Made by a program: the position numbers and the translations under genes
In this document: piece after piece, positions 9,502 to 20,278 of the stretch
Numbering within the stretch: position 1 is the stretch's first letter
Layout of the letters: each line of letters begins with the position of its first letter
From: Candidatus Latescibacterota bacterium
GTDB taxonomy: Bacteria; Latescibacterota; UBA2968
NCBI GenBank assembly: GCA_965205975.1
Contig: OZ242195.1
Location: 5,312,001 to 5,376,000, forward strand
Length of the DNA: 64,000 bases
Direction of reading: 5' to 3'
Notes under the pieces: model-generated
Databases searched by the model: none
What the model was told of the DNA's origin: nothing
Seen by the model: the letters and a program-made list of their open reading frames with translations, nothing else

Positions 9502-10827
9502 TTATCCAAACATCGGGATTGCCATTTTGCCCTGTTTTTCCATACGGGACATGCGTTTCATCATTTTTTGCATCATGTTGAATTGCTTGAGCAATTTGTT
9601 GACATCTTGAATACTGCGTCCGCTGCCATTTGCTATGCGTTTGCGCCTGCTGCCATTAATAATATGCGGTTTGTCGCGTTCTGCTGGTGTCATTGAATAG
9701 ATGATTGCTTCTATATGCGAGAAGGTCTTTTCATCTACCTGCAAATCCGGCATGGACTTGCTTACTCCGGGAATCATTTTCATCAATTGATCTAAGGGTC
9801 CCATTTGCCTGATTTGCGCCATTTGTTCGAGAAAATCGTCAAATGTAAACGATGCCGAGCGGAGTTTTTGCTCGACTTTTTTGGCCTGTTCATCGTCAAT
9901 GGTCGCCTGTGCTTTTTCCACCAGTGTAACCACATCGCCCATGCCCAATATGCGAGAGGCCATGCGGTCGGGATGAAATACTTCCAGACCATCTATTTTC
10001 TCGCTGACGCCGATGTATTTAATTGGAACGCCCGCAACCTCGCGGATGGATAAAGCCGCGCCGCCGCGGGTATCGCTGTCCATGCGCGTGAGTATCACAC
10101 CCGAAAAATTGAGTTTTTCGTAAAAGGTCGAGGCCGATGATACGGCATCTTGCCCGGTCATGGCGTCGCACACGAACAGAATTTCTGAGGGTGATACGGC
10201 CTCGCGGATGCGAAATACCTCATCCATGCGTTCGTCATCGACGTGTAGCCGCCCCGCTGTATCGAGTATCACGACATCGAGATTTTCAGTTTGCGCCCGA
10301 TCCATCGCTTGCGTGCAAATATCGACCGGATCGGTACCCTCTGGCGCCCGATGCACGGGTGCGCCTACTTGCTCGCCGAGTACGCAAAGCTGATCAATTG
10401 CCGCGGGACGATAAATATCAGCCGCCACGAGCAGGGATTTTTTGTTTTCTGATGCCAATAATCGGGCCAATTTTGCAGCGGCTGTCGTTTTACCCGCTCC
10501 TTGAAGCCCGACCATCATTATTGCTGAGGGCGGCGATTCTGCAAATTGCAACGCGGAATTTTGATTGCCCATCAACGCGATTAATTCGTCGTGGACAACT
10601 TTTACCACTTGCTGCCCGGGCGTGATGCTTTTGAGCACTTCACGCCCTATGGCGCGTTCTTTGACCCGCGCGATAAACGAGCGGGCGACCTTGTAGTTGA
10701 CATCTGCCTCGAGCAATGCCCGGCGCACCTCTCGCATGGCGTCGTCGATGTTCGACTCGCTCAATCGACCGCGGCTGCGAAGTTGCTTAAAAACGCCATT
10801 GAGGCGCTCTGTCAACATTTCAAACAT
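9502..10827 (-). CDS. ffh: Signal recognition particle protein
   Basis: [29 protein letters not shown], Met-rich C-terminus. Confidence 0.98.
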   Translation of the reverse strand: MFEMLTERLNGVFKQLRSRGRLSESNIDDAMREVRRALLEADVNYKVARSFIARVKERAIGREVLKSITPGQQVVKVVHDELIALMGNQNSALQFAESPPSAIMMVGLQGAGKTTAAAKLARLLASENKKSLLVAADIYRPAAIDQLCVLGEQVGAPVHRAPEGTDPVDICTQAMDRAQTENLDVVILDTAGRLHVDDERMDEVFRIREAVSPSEILFVCDAMTGQDAVSSASTFYEKLNFSGVILTRMDSDTRGGAALSIREVAGVPIKYIGVSEKIDGLEVFHPDRMASRILGMGDVVTLVEKAQATIDDEQAKKVEQKLRSASFTFDDFLEQMAQIRQMGPLDQLMKMIPGVSKSMPDLQVDEKTFSHIEAIIYSMTPAERDKPHIINGSRRKRIANGSGRSIQDVNKLLKQFNMMQKMMKRMSRMEKQGKMAIPMFG

Positions 10828-10954
10828 AAATAAACCTTAAAAAATAACGGGGCAAGACAGAGAAATATAGAAGATTCGTCAATTTTATGCAAGAAATAAG
10901 CTGTTAAGCGAATCTACGGAACGGGGTACAACTGGCCGCCTCTCAGGCCAGTTC

Positions 10955-11079
10955 ATCAGCGAATCTACGAATCCCGCCCATCCCCCCCAAAATCAGTATG
11001 TATTGCCATTCGTCTATTCGTCTATTCGTCTATTCGTCCATTCGTCTATTCGTCTATTCGTCTATTCGTCTATTCGTCC
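10955..11079 (-). repeat. Dispersed octamer-bracketed element, copy A (~9 x GAATAGAC + conserved core + GATTCG repeats)
   Basis: Reverse complement reads (GAATAGAC)n GAATGGCAATACATACTGATTTTGGGGGGGATGGGCGGGATTCGTAGATTCGCTGAT; homologous to 18369-18484 and 56329-56426. Confidence 0.88.
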
Positions 11080-11727
11080 TGCCGCCTGGCGAATGGCCTG
11101 TACGTTTTTTGCAATAGCCCCGTCGCGAAATACTGCCGAACCCGCTACGAGTACCTGCACGCCGGCTTCGACCACCCGATGTGCGTTTTCCACGCCAATG
11201 CCACCGTCTATTTCTATTTCTACATCTAATTTCTGACGCGCAATTTCGGCTTTTAATGCCCGCACCCGATCGAGAGACGCTGGCATAAACGACTGGCCGC
11301 CAAAGCCCGGTTCGACCGACATAATGAGTGCGAGGTCCAATCTGGATAGCAGCGGGAATAACGCCTCGATCTCCGTGCCCGGGCGCAGGGTAGCACCGGC
11401 TTTCATATTGGCTTTTCGGATGCGGTCCAACAGTGTGGGTACATCTTCTTTGACTTCGACATGAACGGTCAAAATATCTGTGCCAGCATCGGCAAAATCT
11501 TTCAGGTATTTACCGGGTTCAGAGATCATGAGATGCACGTCCAGCACCAGGTCTGTTGTTTTGCGAATGGCTTCAACGACCAGCGCACCAAATGTGATAT
11601 TGGGCACAAAATGTCCGTCCATAATATCCAGATGGATATATTCGGCACCGGCCTCTTCGACCAGACGCACCTGATTTTCGAGCGTGCGGAAATCGGCAGA
11701 GAGAAATGATGGGGCGATTTTTACCAT
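11062..11727 (-). CDS. rpe: Ribulose-phosphate 3-epimerase
   Basis: IAPSFLSADF, HLDIMDGHFVPNITFG, MSVEPGFGGQ, IDGG. Confidence 0.97.
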   Translation of the reverse strand: MVKIAPSFLSADFRTLENQVRLVEEAGAEYIHLDIMDGHFVPNITFGALVVEAIRKTTDLVLDVHLMISEPGKYLKDFADAGTDILTVHVEVKEDVPTLLDRIRKANMKAGATLRPGTEIEALFPLLSRLDLALIMSVEPGFGGQSFMPASLDRVRALKAEIARQKLDVEIEIDGGIGVENAHRVVEAGVQVLVAGSAVFRDGAIAKNVQAIRQAAGRIDE

Positions 11728-11749
11728 TTTAACCTCAAATAAAACTTTT

Positions 11750-12490
11750 TTACAGTTTACTCACAATCAATAGCACAGGAGATCCGCGTTTTATTGGCGT
11801 GTCCGATTTTGGCTCCTGGCGGATTACGACGTCGGGTTCATAAGCGGTGCTAAATTCGTATCGGATATTATTTGGCTGCAGACCGAGCGATAATAACAAA
11901 CGCCGGGCTTCGTCTAATTTTAGCTCGGTAACCCGGGGCATATTGACATAAGCGCGAGGTGGACCCGTGCTTACAATCAGTTCGACCTGCGTCCCCTGGG
12001 CAACTTTCTCGCCAGTTTTGGGTTTTTGATCGATAATATTGCCCTCTTTTATTTCTGAAGATGATATTTCGATGACTTTACCGACGGTCAAATCTGCCTG
12101 TGCAATCCACAACTGAGCCTGTCGCAAAGGGCGGTTGAGAAGATCGGGTACGGCGTGGAGACGCTGTCCCAAACTCGGCGCGACATAGACCGTGCGATTG
12201 GGTTTTACGTGCGATAGAGCAGACGGATTTTGCCATACAATTTGTCCTGCAGGCACAGAAGTATCCCAGCGAGGTTCTCGTTCTTTCATGCGTAGGCCCT
12301 TGTCTTGCAATCGCGCCTGTGCCTGTGAAGGAGTAAGCCCGATGAGATCGGGAACAGAGACTTCTACGCCTTGCCGCACATAGATCGGCATTGCAATTTG
12401 ATCGACCACAATCAATCCGATTATTGCCGTAAATATGGCACATGCTCCAAAAAGGGCGATTTCGCGCAGAATTTTCGAGGCCAAATTCAT
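11750..12490 (-). CDS. PASTA-domain membrane protein (three repeats)
   Basis: N-terminal TM helix then VPDLIG / VPDLLN / MPRVTE repeats each with Q-P motif. Confidence 0.85.
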   Translation of the reverse strand: MNLASKILREIALFGACAIFTAIIGLIVVDQIAMPIYVRQGVEVSVPDLIGLTPSQAQARLQDKGLRMKEREPRWDTSVPAGQIVWQNPSALSHVKPNRTVYVAPSLGQRLHAVPDLLNRPLRQAQLWIAQADLTVGKVIEISSSEIKEGNIIDQKPKTGEKVAQGTQVELIVSTGPPRAYVNMPRVTELKLDEARRLLLSLGLQPNNIRYEFSTAYEPDVVIRQEPKSDTPIKRGSPVLLIVSKL

Positions 12491-12548
12491 GATCCCAAAA
12501 TAGCCGAAGGCCCAAATCCTGTCAAGCGCGGATACCTTAGAATAGGGG

Positions 12549-13358
12549 TTAATACTCAAAGATTACCGAAGCGCGGTGCGTGATTCCCAGTATTGTATGC
12601 CATACTGCAGCATAGTCAATCGCAAAGCCGCTTTTTCGCAGGCCAAAGCCCGCGCTCAATCGTTCCGGCCGGCCGCCTGCACCCGTGCGCAGTACCAGTT
12701 GGGGATGGATATGATATATTATCCCTATGCCCGCACCTGTGGGGAAAGTCGCTTCTTTCTGTATATCTGCCACCAGCGCGACCTGTGGCATGATGGCAAT
12801 ACCCATTCCCACGGTACCACTCTGTCCCAAAAGCGATGTGTGACTGCCACCTGCATTCCATATTGCTGCGCCGAGAAAGACGCCTTCGCGTATCTGCAAT
12901 TTTATTCCCGCGTCGAATACTACCCAGTGTTGTGTGGGCATTCCCGCTGTGCTCAGTTGCAAGGCGCGTATGCCGAACCCCAGGCCCAGTTGTTGAAATA
13001 CGCGCAGTCCATAAATGAGACCCAATACCTGTTCTTTGTATAGCGCGAATCCAAATCCCGTATATCTCATGCCCAGGCCATGGTGCCCAATCCGCAGGCC
13101 AGCGCTGAACGCCTGGGTTGCCAGTTCGGCTATTCCAAAGGGCCGATCATACATGCCAAATAAGCTTATTCGCTTGCCCCAGACCAGTGCTGCGGGATTC
13201 CAAAAAGCACCTGCGGCACCAGTAGCCAGTGCCACGCCTGCATCGCCAGTAGCGGAGGTATGGGCTCCAATGGGTTGAAATTCAAAGGCTGTGTGAGCAG
13301 ATGAAGGGAGGAGTGTGAAAAGTAAAACAAGGATAATCTGACGATATTTTGTTCGCAT
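12549..13358 (-). CDS. Outer-membrane beta-barrel protein, PorV/PorQ-like
   Basis: Signal peptide, FWNPAAL motif, alternating beta-strand pattern, aromatic C-terminal residue. Confidence 0.6.
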   Translation of the reverse strand: MRTKYRQIILVLLFTLLPSSAHTAFEFQPIGAHTSATGDAGVALATGAAGAFWNPAALVWGKRISLFGMYDRPFGIAELATQAFSAGLRIGHHGLGMRYTGFGFALYKEQVLGLIYGLRVFQQLGLGFGIRALQLSTAGMPTQHWVVFDAGIKLQIREGVFLGAAIWNAGGSHTSLLGQSGTVGMGIAIMPQVALVADIQKEATFPTGAGIGIIYHIHPQLVLRTGAGGRPERLSAGFGLRKSGFAIDYAAVWHTILGITHRASVIFEY

Positions 13359-13700
13359 AAGCGGACTGAGAAACAGTTGATCTGGCATGTGAGACCACGT
13401 ATGAAATGGGTTAGAGGATGCGTGTTGTCGCAATTTATCTGCAAATACCCTGCCAGACTGATGATTTTACCCATTTTCTTTTTAACTCGTTGATATTACA
13501 CGCCAAAATCTGTCTTATTGCCAGTCAGGGCGAGCGGGTACCTGTCGGCGGATATGCGACAGAGTATTTCAATCTGTCGCTTGTTATTAGACAAGAAACT
13601 TTTTCAATTGCCTGCGTTGATCGCAGTTGCTTTATGGAGAAAAAGAACCGATATTTTATTTGGCTGATTTCTACAAATCTTCACTGGAGGAGAGAAAGCT

Positions 13701-14438
13701 ATGGCTTATTTTACCGATGAAGAAAAATTGCATTTCAAAGAACAGGGGTATGTTGTCAAACGCGATGTGGTGCCGATGCACTTGATCGATAAGGCGGTGG
13801 ATGCGTTGTGGGAGGAGATCGAGGCAGATCGCGATGATCCCGAGACGTGGATCAACGCGGGTCCGAAGGGAAATTTGAAATGCAGCAACCATCCCGATGT
13901 GCGGGCGACGTTGACGGAAACACCGATTCAGGATATGTGCGAAGAGATGGTGGGTAAAGGGACCCTGGCTGTGTCGAATTACACGTTTGCCAAGATGATT
14001 TATCCCGAGGGGCACGACAATTGGACGCCGGCCAGGCATATGCATCTGGATGGCTATACGTGTGAAGGCGTGGTGGATACTTTTGCGATTGCGGTGACGG
14101 TGAATATCAATCACGTTAAGCCGCGCTCGGGTGGGTTTACAATATGGCCCGGTGCGCACAAGCGGGCTTATGAGTATTTTAAGACGCACAGTCTGGTGAA
14201 TGGGTTAGATGCATTTCGCAATGAGCAGGGGGAGTATTACGACCTTCCCACGCCAGTTGATGTTACAGGACCGCCGGGTACGGTGACGTTCTGGCATCAT
14301 CTGATGTTGCACAGCCCCGGGGTAAATTGTGGGCGGGATATTCGCATGGCATTTGTGAGTCGCTTTCGGCGGCGGGATAATAACGATATGCGCTTTGAGA
14401 CGCCGGATGATATGTGGGCGTATTGGGATGGATTATAA
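13701..14438 (+). CDS. Phytanoyl-CoA dioxygenase (PhyH) family Fe(II)/2OG enzyme
   Basis: F..QGY.V start, HxD (HLDG), PGAH, distal His (LHSPG). Confidence 0.8.
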   Translation: MAYFTDEEKLHFKEQGYVVKRDVVPMHLIDKAVDALWEEIEADRDDPETWINAGPKGNLKCSNHPDVRATLTETPIQDMCEEMVGKGTLAVSNYTFAKMIYPEGHDNWTPARHMHLDGYTCEGVVDTFAIAVTVNINHVKPRSGGFTIWPGAHKRAYEYFKTHSLVNGLDAFRNEQGEYYDLPTPVDVTGPPGTVTFWHHLMLHSPGVNCGRDIRMAFVSRFRRRDNNDMRFETPDDMWAYWDGL

Positions 14439-14470
14439 GCCGATTCCGCGTTGAAATACCGAAGGATAGG

Positions 14471-17400
14471 ATGGCGAGTAAAAACGAACAAATAAAAAAA
14501 CACAGATCGCGCAGAAAGCGGCCGAGTCCGATGTCGTCAGTGTGGTCGCTGTTGCCCGCGTGTATGCTCAAAGATGGCATGGAGATTGCGCGGCAGTTGC
14601 GGCAAATACAGCGGCAAAAGCGGCGCGATACGGGGCGGTTGAAGAATCTGAAGGTGCGGGCAGAGCGGTCGGCGGCGTTGCGTAAAGACCGGGGGGAGAA
14701 TCCGCTGTCTGTGACGTATCCAGAGGCGTTGCCGATTTCGGCGCGAAAGGATGAGATTGTCAGGGCGATTCGAGAACATCCGGTGGTGATTGTGGCGGGT
14801 GAGACGGGATCGGGAAAGACGACGCAGTTGCCCAAGATGTGTTTGGAGGCTGGCCGCGGTGTGGCGGCGAAGATTGCGTGTACTCAACCCAGGCGCGTGG
14901 CGGCATTGTCGGTATCGCGGCGCATTGCCGAGGAGTTAAATGTCGCGTGGGGTGCCGAGGTGGGGTGCAAAATTCGGTTTAAGGATGAGACGGCGCCCGA
15001 GACGCGGATCAAGATGATGACGGATGGGATGTTGCTCGCGGAGATTCAGGGTGATCCGAATTTGTATGAGTACGATACGGTTATTATTGATGAAGCGCAC
15101 GAGCGCAGCTTGAATATCGATTTTTTGCTGGGGTATTTGCGTCTGTTGCAAAAGCGCCGCCCCGAGTTGCGGATCGTGATTACATCGGCGACGATTGATA
15201 CGGAGGCGTTTTCAAAGGCGTTTGACGATGCGCCCATTATTGAAGTGTCCGGGCGGATGTATCCGGTGGATGTGCAATACTGGCCTATAGAAGACCTCGC
15301 CGGGGAGACGTATATCGATGCGGCGGTGACCGCAGTGGATATGGTGGTTGATGCGGGGCGAGGCGATGTTCTGGTTTTTATGCCCACGGAGAAGGATATC
15401 CACGAGACGCGCAGGCGTTTGGAGGGGCGACACTTCCGCTTTACAGAAATTTTGCCGCTGTTTGGGCGGTTGACAGCGGGCGATCAACAGAAGGTGTTTC
15501 ACAAGCAGAGATATCGGCGCATTGTGGTGGCGACGAATATTGCGGAGACGTCGATTACGATTCCGGGTATTCGATATGTGATCGATACGGGGCTGGCGCG
15601 AATAAGCCGGCACAATCCGCGCAATCAGACGCATCGGCTACCGGTGGAGGAAGTTTCTCAGAGCAGTGCGAGGCAACGGGCAGGGCGGTGTGGGCGCGTG
15701 CAAAATGGGGTGTGTATTCGTCTGTACGATGAGAAAAGTTTTCTCGCGCGACCAGAATACACGCAGCCCGAGATTCAGCGGTCGGATTTGGCCGAGGTCA
15801 TTTTGCGGATGATTGCGCTGCGGCTGGGCGATGTCGAGACGTTTCCATTTATTGATCCCCCCCGTTCTCAGGCGATTCAGGGGGGATTTAATGTGTTGAG
15901 GGCATTGGACGCGATTGATGATAACAAGCGTCTGACACCGCTGGGGCGCGATATGGCGCGTTTGCCGCTCGCGCCAACGGTATCGCGGATGATTTTGCAA
16001 GCGCAAAAAGAACGCGCTTTGCGCGAGGTGCTGGTTATTGCGTCGGCAATCAGCATCCAGGACCCGCGCGTGCGGCCACTTGAGCAAGAGAAGGCGGCAG
16101 ATCAGGAGCACCGGCGGTTTGTGGATGGAGAATCGGATTTTATCGCTTTGCTGAATATCTGGAAGGCGTATCACGATACGTTTGAGAAATTGAGAACGCA
16201 GAGCCAGATGCGGAGATTTTGCAAGCAGCATTTTCTATCTTTTAATCGCATGCGCGAATGGCGCGATATTTATATGCAGATTCGACACACTCTGCGCGAG
16301 ATGGGCGATTTTCGAATGAATCGGGACGATGCGGGATACGATGCGATTCATCGGTCGGTGGTGAGTGGGTTGTTGGGCAATGTGGCGCAAAAGAAGGAAG
16401 GCAATATGTATCGCGCAGCGCGCGGGCGCGATGTGATGTTGTTTCCCGGGTCTGGTCTGTTTCAACGGAGAGAGGGAAGAGAGGAAGATAAAAAGAGTAC
16501 GCCCGGTTGGGTTGTGGCTGCGGAGGTGGTGGAGACGTCGCGTTTGTTTGCGCGTACTGTAGCTCGCATACAGCCGTCGTGGTTGGTGGAGTTGGGCACG
16601 CATTTGTGCCGGGCATCTTATAAGGAGCCGTTTTACAGTGTGCGGTCGGGGCGGGTGCTGGCGACCGAAACATTGACGCTGCACGGTTTGCAGGTGAGGC
16701 AAAAGCGCGTGGGGTATGGACGAATAGATGCCGGTGCTGCGACGGAGATTTTTATCCGCGAGGCTCTGGTGAGTGATGAGGTGGCGTTGCCATATCCATT
16801 TGTGACGCAGAATCGGGATTTGCGCGCGCGCGTGGAAACCTGGCAGATGCAACAGCGGTTGATGCAATTTCTGGATCTGGACGAGGCTGCGTATCGGTTT
16901 TATGCCGGGCGATTGGAGAATGTGTCTTCTACGCACGATTTGAATCGCTTGATTAAAAGAAAGAGTGCGGATTTTTTGCTGATGTCCGAAAAGCATCTGG
17001 CGGGTGAGCAAGTGGATTTTGATCGGGATGCGTTTCCCAATTTTTTGGAGGTGGATGGCAAAGAGGTGCCGCTTTCTTATGCGTATCGGCCCGGACAGGA
17101 TCGGGATGGCGTGACGTTACAACTGCCGTACAAGCTGGTGCATTTTGTACAGCCCGAGGTGCTGGACTGGCTGGTGCCGGGGTTGTTGGAAGAAAAGATC
17201 ACGCATTTGTTGCGCGGGCTTCCAAAAAGTATTCGCAAGCGGTTTGTTCCCGTGCCGGATAAGGCGCGAGAGATTGCTGCGGCGTTACAGCCGACGCACG
17301 GCGCGTTTTTGGATTCGCTGTCTGCCCATATTTTGAGTCATTATGGTATTGAGATTTCTCAAAGCGATTGGAATGTGCGCGATTTGCCCGACCATTTGCA

Positions 17401-18364
17401 GATGCGCGTGGAAGTTCGAGACGAAAAAGAGAAGGCAATTTTTGCCGCGCGGGATTTGCGCGTGTTGCACGAGCAGTTAGATGCGCGCGAAGAAGATGTG
17501 CAGTCCGATGCGTGGATGCGCGCGCAAAAGCAGGTGGCGCGCCGAGATGTGACGGGGAAGACGATAGGTGAATTGCCCGAGCGCGTGGAGGTGATGCAAG
17601 CCGGTGGGATGCCGGTGTTTGGCTATGTGGGGTTGAAGCGCGAAGGAGATCGCGTGGATGTGTGTTTGTTTAAGCGCGCAGACGAAGCCGAACGCGAGAC
17701 CCAGGCGGGTTGGATGCGGTTGTGCGAGCGTGAAATGCGGGATGAGATGCGGGCGTTGAAGCGGTCTTTGGGCGATTTGGCGCAGTTTGAGGGAGGGCGC
17801 GAGGCTTTGTGCGAGGGCGCGTACGCAAATTTAATGGCGCATCTGTTCACGCGCGACGCGGCGTTTCCCATAACGCGCCAGCGCTTTGAATCGCGCGTTC
17901 AACAGGCGCGGTTGTATTTGCAGCATCTGGCACCGCAATTGATTCAGGCACTGGAATCGCTGTTTGAGACGCACCGAGAAATTCGCCTGTTGCGCAGTGG
18001 ATATCCCGAGATGGAGGCCGATCTCGCGCGTTTGATGCCGACGGATTTTTTGCGACAAACGCCTTATGATCAGGTGTTGCATTTGGGTCGGTTTTTGAGG
18101 GCGATTGTGATACGAGCCGAACGCGCGATGCTCGATCCGATGAAGGACCGACAAAAGGTCGAGCAGGTTCAACCCTTTCAAGACGCGGTGGATGAATTGA
18201 TGGATTCGGAATTGATGGGGGAGAAGCGCGATGCGGTGCAGGCACTGCGGTGGATGGTCGAGGAGTTTCGGGTGTCGGTTTTTGCACAGGAACTCGGTAC
18301 GGCGCAAAAGGTGTCGCCAAAGCGATTGTACGATAAATTGGAGCAGGTGAGAGGGATGGCGTAG
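14471..18364 (+). CDS. hrpA: ATP-dependent RNA helicase HrpA
   Basis: GETGSGKTTQLP, DEAHER, SAT, QRAGRCGR, C-terminal EEFRVSVFAQELGT. Confidence 0.95.
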   Translation: MASKNEQIKKHRSRRKRPSPMSSVWSLLPACMLKDGMEIARQLRQIQRQKRRDTGRLKNLKVRAERSAALRKDRGENPLSVTYPEALPISARKDEIVRAIREHPVVIVAGETGSGKTTQLPKMCLEAGRGVAAKIACTQPRRVAALSVSRRIAEELNVAWGAEVGCKIRFKDETAPETRIKMMTDGMLLAEIQGDPNLYEYDTVIIDEAHERSLNIDFLLGYLRLLQKRRPELRIVITSATIDTEAFSKAFDDAPIIEVSGRMYPVDVQYWPIEDLAGETYIDAAVTAVDMVVDAGRGDVLVFMPTEKDIHETRRRLEGRHFRFTEILPLFGRLTAGDQQKVFHKQRYRRIVVATNIAETSITIPGIRYVIDTGLARISRHNPRNQTHRLPVEEVSQSSARQRAGRCGRVQNGVCIRLYDEKSFLARPEYTQPEIQRSDLAEVILRMIALRLGDVETFPFIDPPRSQAIQGGFNVLRALDAIDDNKRLTPLGRDMARLPLAPTVSRMILQAQKERALREVLVIASAISIQDPRVRPLEQEKAADQEHRRFVDGESDFIALLNIWKAYHDTFEKLRTQSQMRRFCKQHFLSFNRMREWRDIYMQIRHTLREMGDFRMNRDDAGYDAIHRSVVSGLLGNVAQKKEGNMYRAARGRDVMLFPGSGLFQRREGREEDKKSTPGWVVAAEVVETSRLFARTVARIQPSWLVELGTHLCRASYKEPFYSVRSGRVLATETLTLHGLQVRQKRVGYGRIDAGAATEIFIREALVSDEVALPYPFVTQNRDLRARVETWQMQQRLMQFLDLDEAAYRFYAGRLENVSSTHDLNRLIKRKSADFLLMSEKHLAGEQVDFDRDAFPNFLEVDGKEVPLSYAYRPGQDRDGVTLQLPYKLVHFVQPEVLDWLVPGLLEEKITHLLRGLPKSIRKRFVPVPDKAREIAAALQPTHGAFLDSLSAHILSHYGIEISQSDWNVRDLPDHLQMRVEVRDEKEKAIFAARDLRVLHEQLDAREEDVQSDAWMRAQKQVARRDVTGKTIGELPERVEVMQAGGMPVFGYVGLKREGDRVDVCLFKRADEAERETQAGWMRLCEREMRDEMRALKRSLGDLAQFEGGREALCEGAYANLMAHLFTRDAAFPITRQRFESRVQQARLYLQHLAPQLIQALESLFETHREIRLLRSGYPEMEADLARLMPTDFLRQTPYDQVLHLGRFLRAIVIRAERAMLDPMKDRQKVEQVQPFQDAVDELMDSELMGEKRDAVQALRWMVEEFRVSVFAQELGTAQKVSPKRLYDKLEQVRGMA

Positions 18365-18368
18365 AAGG

Positions 18369-18484
18369 CGAATAGACGAATAGACGAATAGACGAGAAAA
18401 GCGCGAATAGACGAATAGACGAATGGAAATACATGCTGGTTTTGGGTGGTTGGGCGGGGTTCGTTGATTCGTTGATTCGCTGAT
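18369..18484 (+). repeat. Dispersed octamer-bracketed element, copy B
   Basis: (CGAATAGA)n...GAATGGAAATACATGCTGGTTTTGGGTGGTTGGGCGGGG(TTCGTTGA)2TTCGCTGAT immediately after hrpA stop. Confidence 0.88.
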
Positions 18485-18499
18485 TTTTAAGGTTTTTTT

Positions 18500-20278
18500 A
18501 TGAGTCTCAATTTTTTTAAGCCCTTTGCGGAGTATGTATATCCCCATCGATGGAAGATTTTTTGGGGATTGGTGCTGTTGCTGGGTACGCAGGCGGTTCA
18601 GGCACTCGTTCCGTTGTTGATGAAATGGGCGATTGATACGGCCAAAGCCGGGCTGGATGCCGGGGATCTTACAGGCGATGTGGTCGATACAATCACGGGT
18701 AGCCCGCTGGGCGATTTGCAGATGTACGGGGCGCTCATGGCCGCGCTTGGCCTCGCGCAATGGGGTATGTCATTTGGGATGAGATGGTACATTGCCAGTG
18801 CGTCTCGTTTTATAGAGAGCGATATTCGCACGATTTATGTGCGACATATTGTGCGGTTACCGATGAGTTTTTTTCAGGCGCAGCGCGTGGGCGATTTAAT
18901 GGCGCGGGCGACCAATGATGTGGAAGCGATTCAGCGGTTTTTTTATTTTGCCTATCGCATGTCGCTACAGGCGGTTTTGAGTTTTGTGCTCAGTCTCATT
19001 TTGATGTGCATCATTGACTGGCAGTTGGCTCTTTTGGCGCTTGCTCCTATGCCCGTGATGGCTTTTTGTGCGCGGTGGGTTGGGCAAAAGGTGCGCGTGG
19101 GATACCGACGGGTTCAGGAACAATTTGCCGCTGTCAGCTCAAAAATTCAGGAAAATTTGACGGGTATGCGAATGGTCAAAGCCTTTGCCCTGCGCCCGCT
19201 TGAGATTGTGGATTTCGGGATTCTCAATGAAGAATACGTCACGCGCAACCGCCATTTGATTAAAATCCGCAGTTTGTATTATCCGTTCACGTTTTTGTTG
19301 AGCGGTGTTTCTATGATTGTGATTTTGTGGCTGGGCGGTCTGCGGGTGATTGAGGGGAGTTTGAGTCTGGGGGCATTTGTGGCGTTCAATGCGTATTTGC
19401 TGCGTATGAGTCGCCCGATGTCGATGTTGGGGAGAATTGTCGATGAGTATCAACGTGCCGTGGCTTCGCTGAGGCGTATTGAAGAGGTTTTGAAAGTATC
19501 GCCGCAACCCGATGTGGAGGGTGGTACAACGGGGGATATCACGGGGGAGATCGAGTTTCGCAATGCGAGTTTTTCTTACAATGGTCAGCGCGTGCTCAAA
19601 GATATCAATCTTCGGATTCCAGCGGGAAGTACGCTTGCCGTGGTGGGGCGCGTGGGGTCGGGAAAATCCACGCTGGCGCGGTTGATCCCCCGGTTGATTC
19701 AAGCGGATGAAGGACGGGTTTTGATCGATGGCAAGCCAGTGGAAGATATACCGCTTCAGACTATTCGTGACGCGACCGGGTATGTGCCGCAGGATGCTTT
19801 TTTGTTTTCGGATACGATTCGGGAAAATGTGGCTTTGGGCACGCGGGCAGAGGGCGATGTTGTGCGCGCGACCGAGATTTCGCAATTGGCTCCCGATTTG
19901 CACCTTTTTCCCGAGCAGTTGGAGACGATTGTGGGAGAGCGGGGGGTCACGCTTTCGGGGGGACAAAAACAGCGTACAGCAATTGCGCGTGCGGTGATTC
20001 GAGAGCCGCGAATTTTGATTATGGACGATGCGTTGGCCAGTGTGGATACGCGAACCGAGGAAGAGATTCTCAAATATTTGCGCGAGATTATGGCTTCGCG
20101 TACGACGATTTTGATTGCCCATCGCATTTCGACTGTGAAAGATGCCGATCATATTGTGGTGCTGGATGAGGGGCGCATTGTAGAGCAGGGATCACACGAT
20201 GAATTGGTTGCATATGATGGGATTTATGCGGATATGTTCCGACGCCAGCATCTGGCTCAAGAATTGGAAATATTATAA
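18500..20278 (+). CDS. ABC exporter, fused permease/ATPase (MdlA-like subunit)
   Basis: Six TM region, GRVGSGKST, LSGGQKQR, ILIMDD. Confidence 0.92.
   Translation: MSLNFFKPFAEYVYPHRWKIFWGLVLLLGTQAVQALVPLLMKWAIDTAKAGLDAGDLTGDVVDTITGSPLGDLQMYGALMAALGLAQWGMSFGMRWYIASASRFIESDIRTIYVRHIVRLPMSFFQAQRVGDLMARATNDVEAIQRFFYFAYRMSLQAVLSFVLSLILMCIIDWQLALLALAPMPVMAFCARWVGQKVRVGYRRVQEQFAAVSSKIQENLTGMRMVKAFALRPLEIVDFGILNEEYVTRNRHLIKIRSLYYPFTFLLSGVSMIVILWLGGLRVIEGSLSLGAFVAFNAYLLRMSRPMSMLGRIVDEYQRAVASLRRIEEVLKVSPQPDVEGGTTGDITGEIEFRNASFSYNGQRVLKDINLRIPAGSTLAVVGRVGSGKSTLARLIPRLIQADEGRVLIDGKPVEDIPLQTIRDATGYVPQDAFLFSDTIRENVALGTRAEGDVVRATEISQLAPDLHLFPEQLETIVGERGVTLSGGQKQRTAIARAVIREPRILIMDDALASVDTRTEEEILKYLREIMASRTTILIAHRISTVKDADHIVVLDEGRIVEQGSHDELVAYDGIYADMFRRQHLAQELEIL

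Noticed and set aside
11008..11079. Repeat array as a possible CRISPR
   Set aside because: Contiguous 8-bp units with no spacers, and no cas genes in the window.
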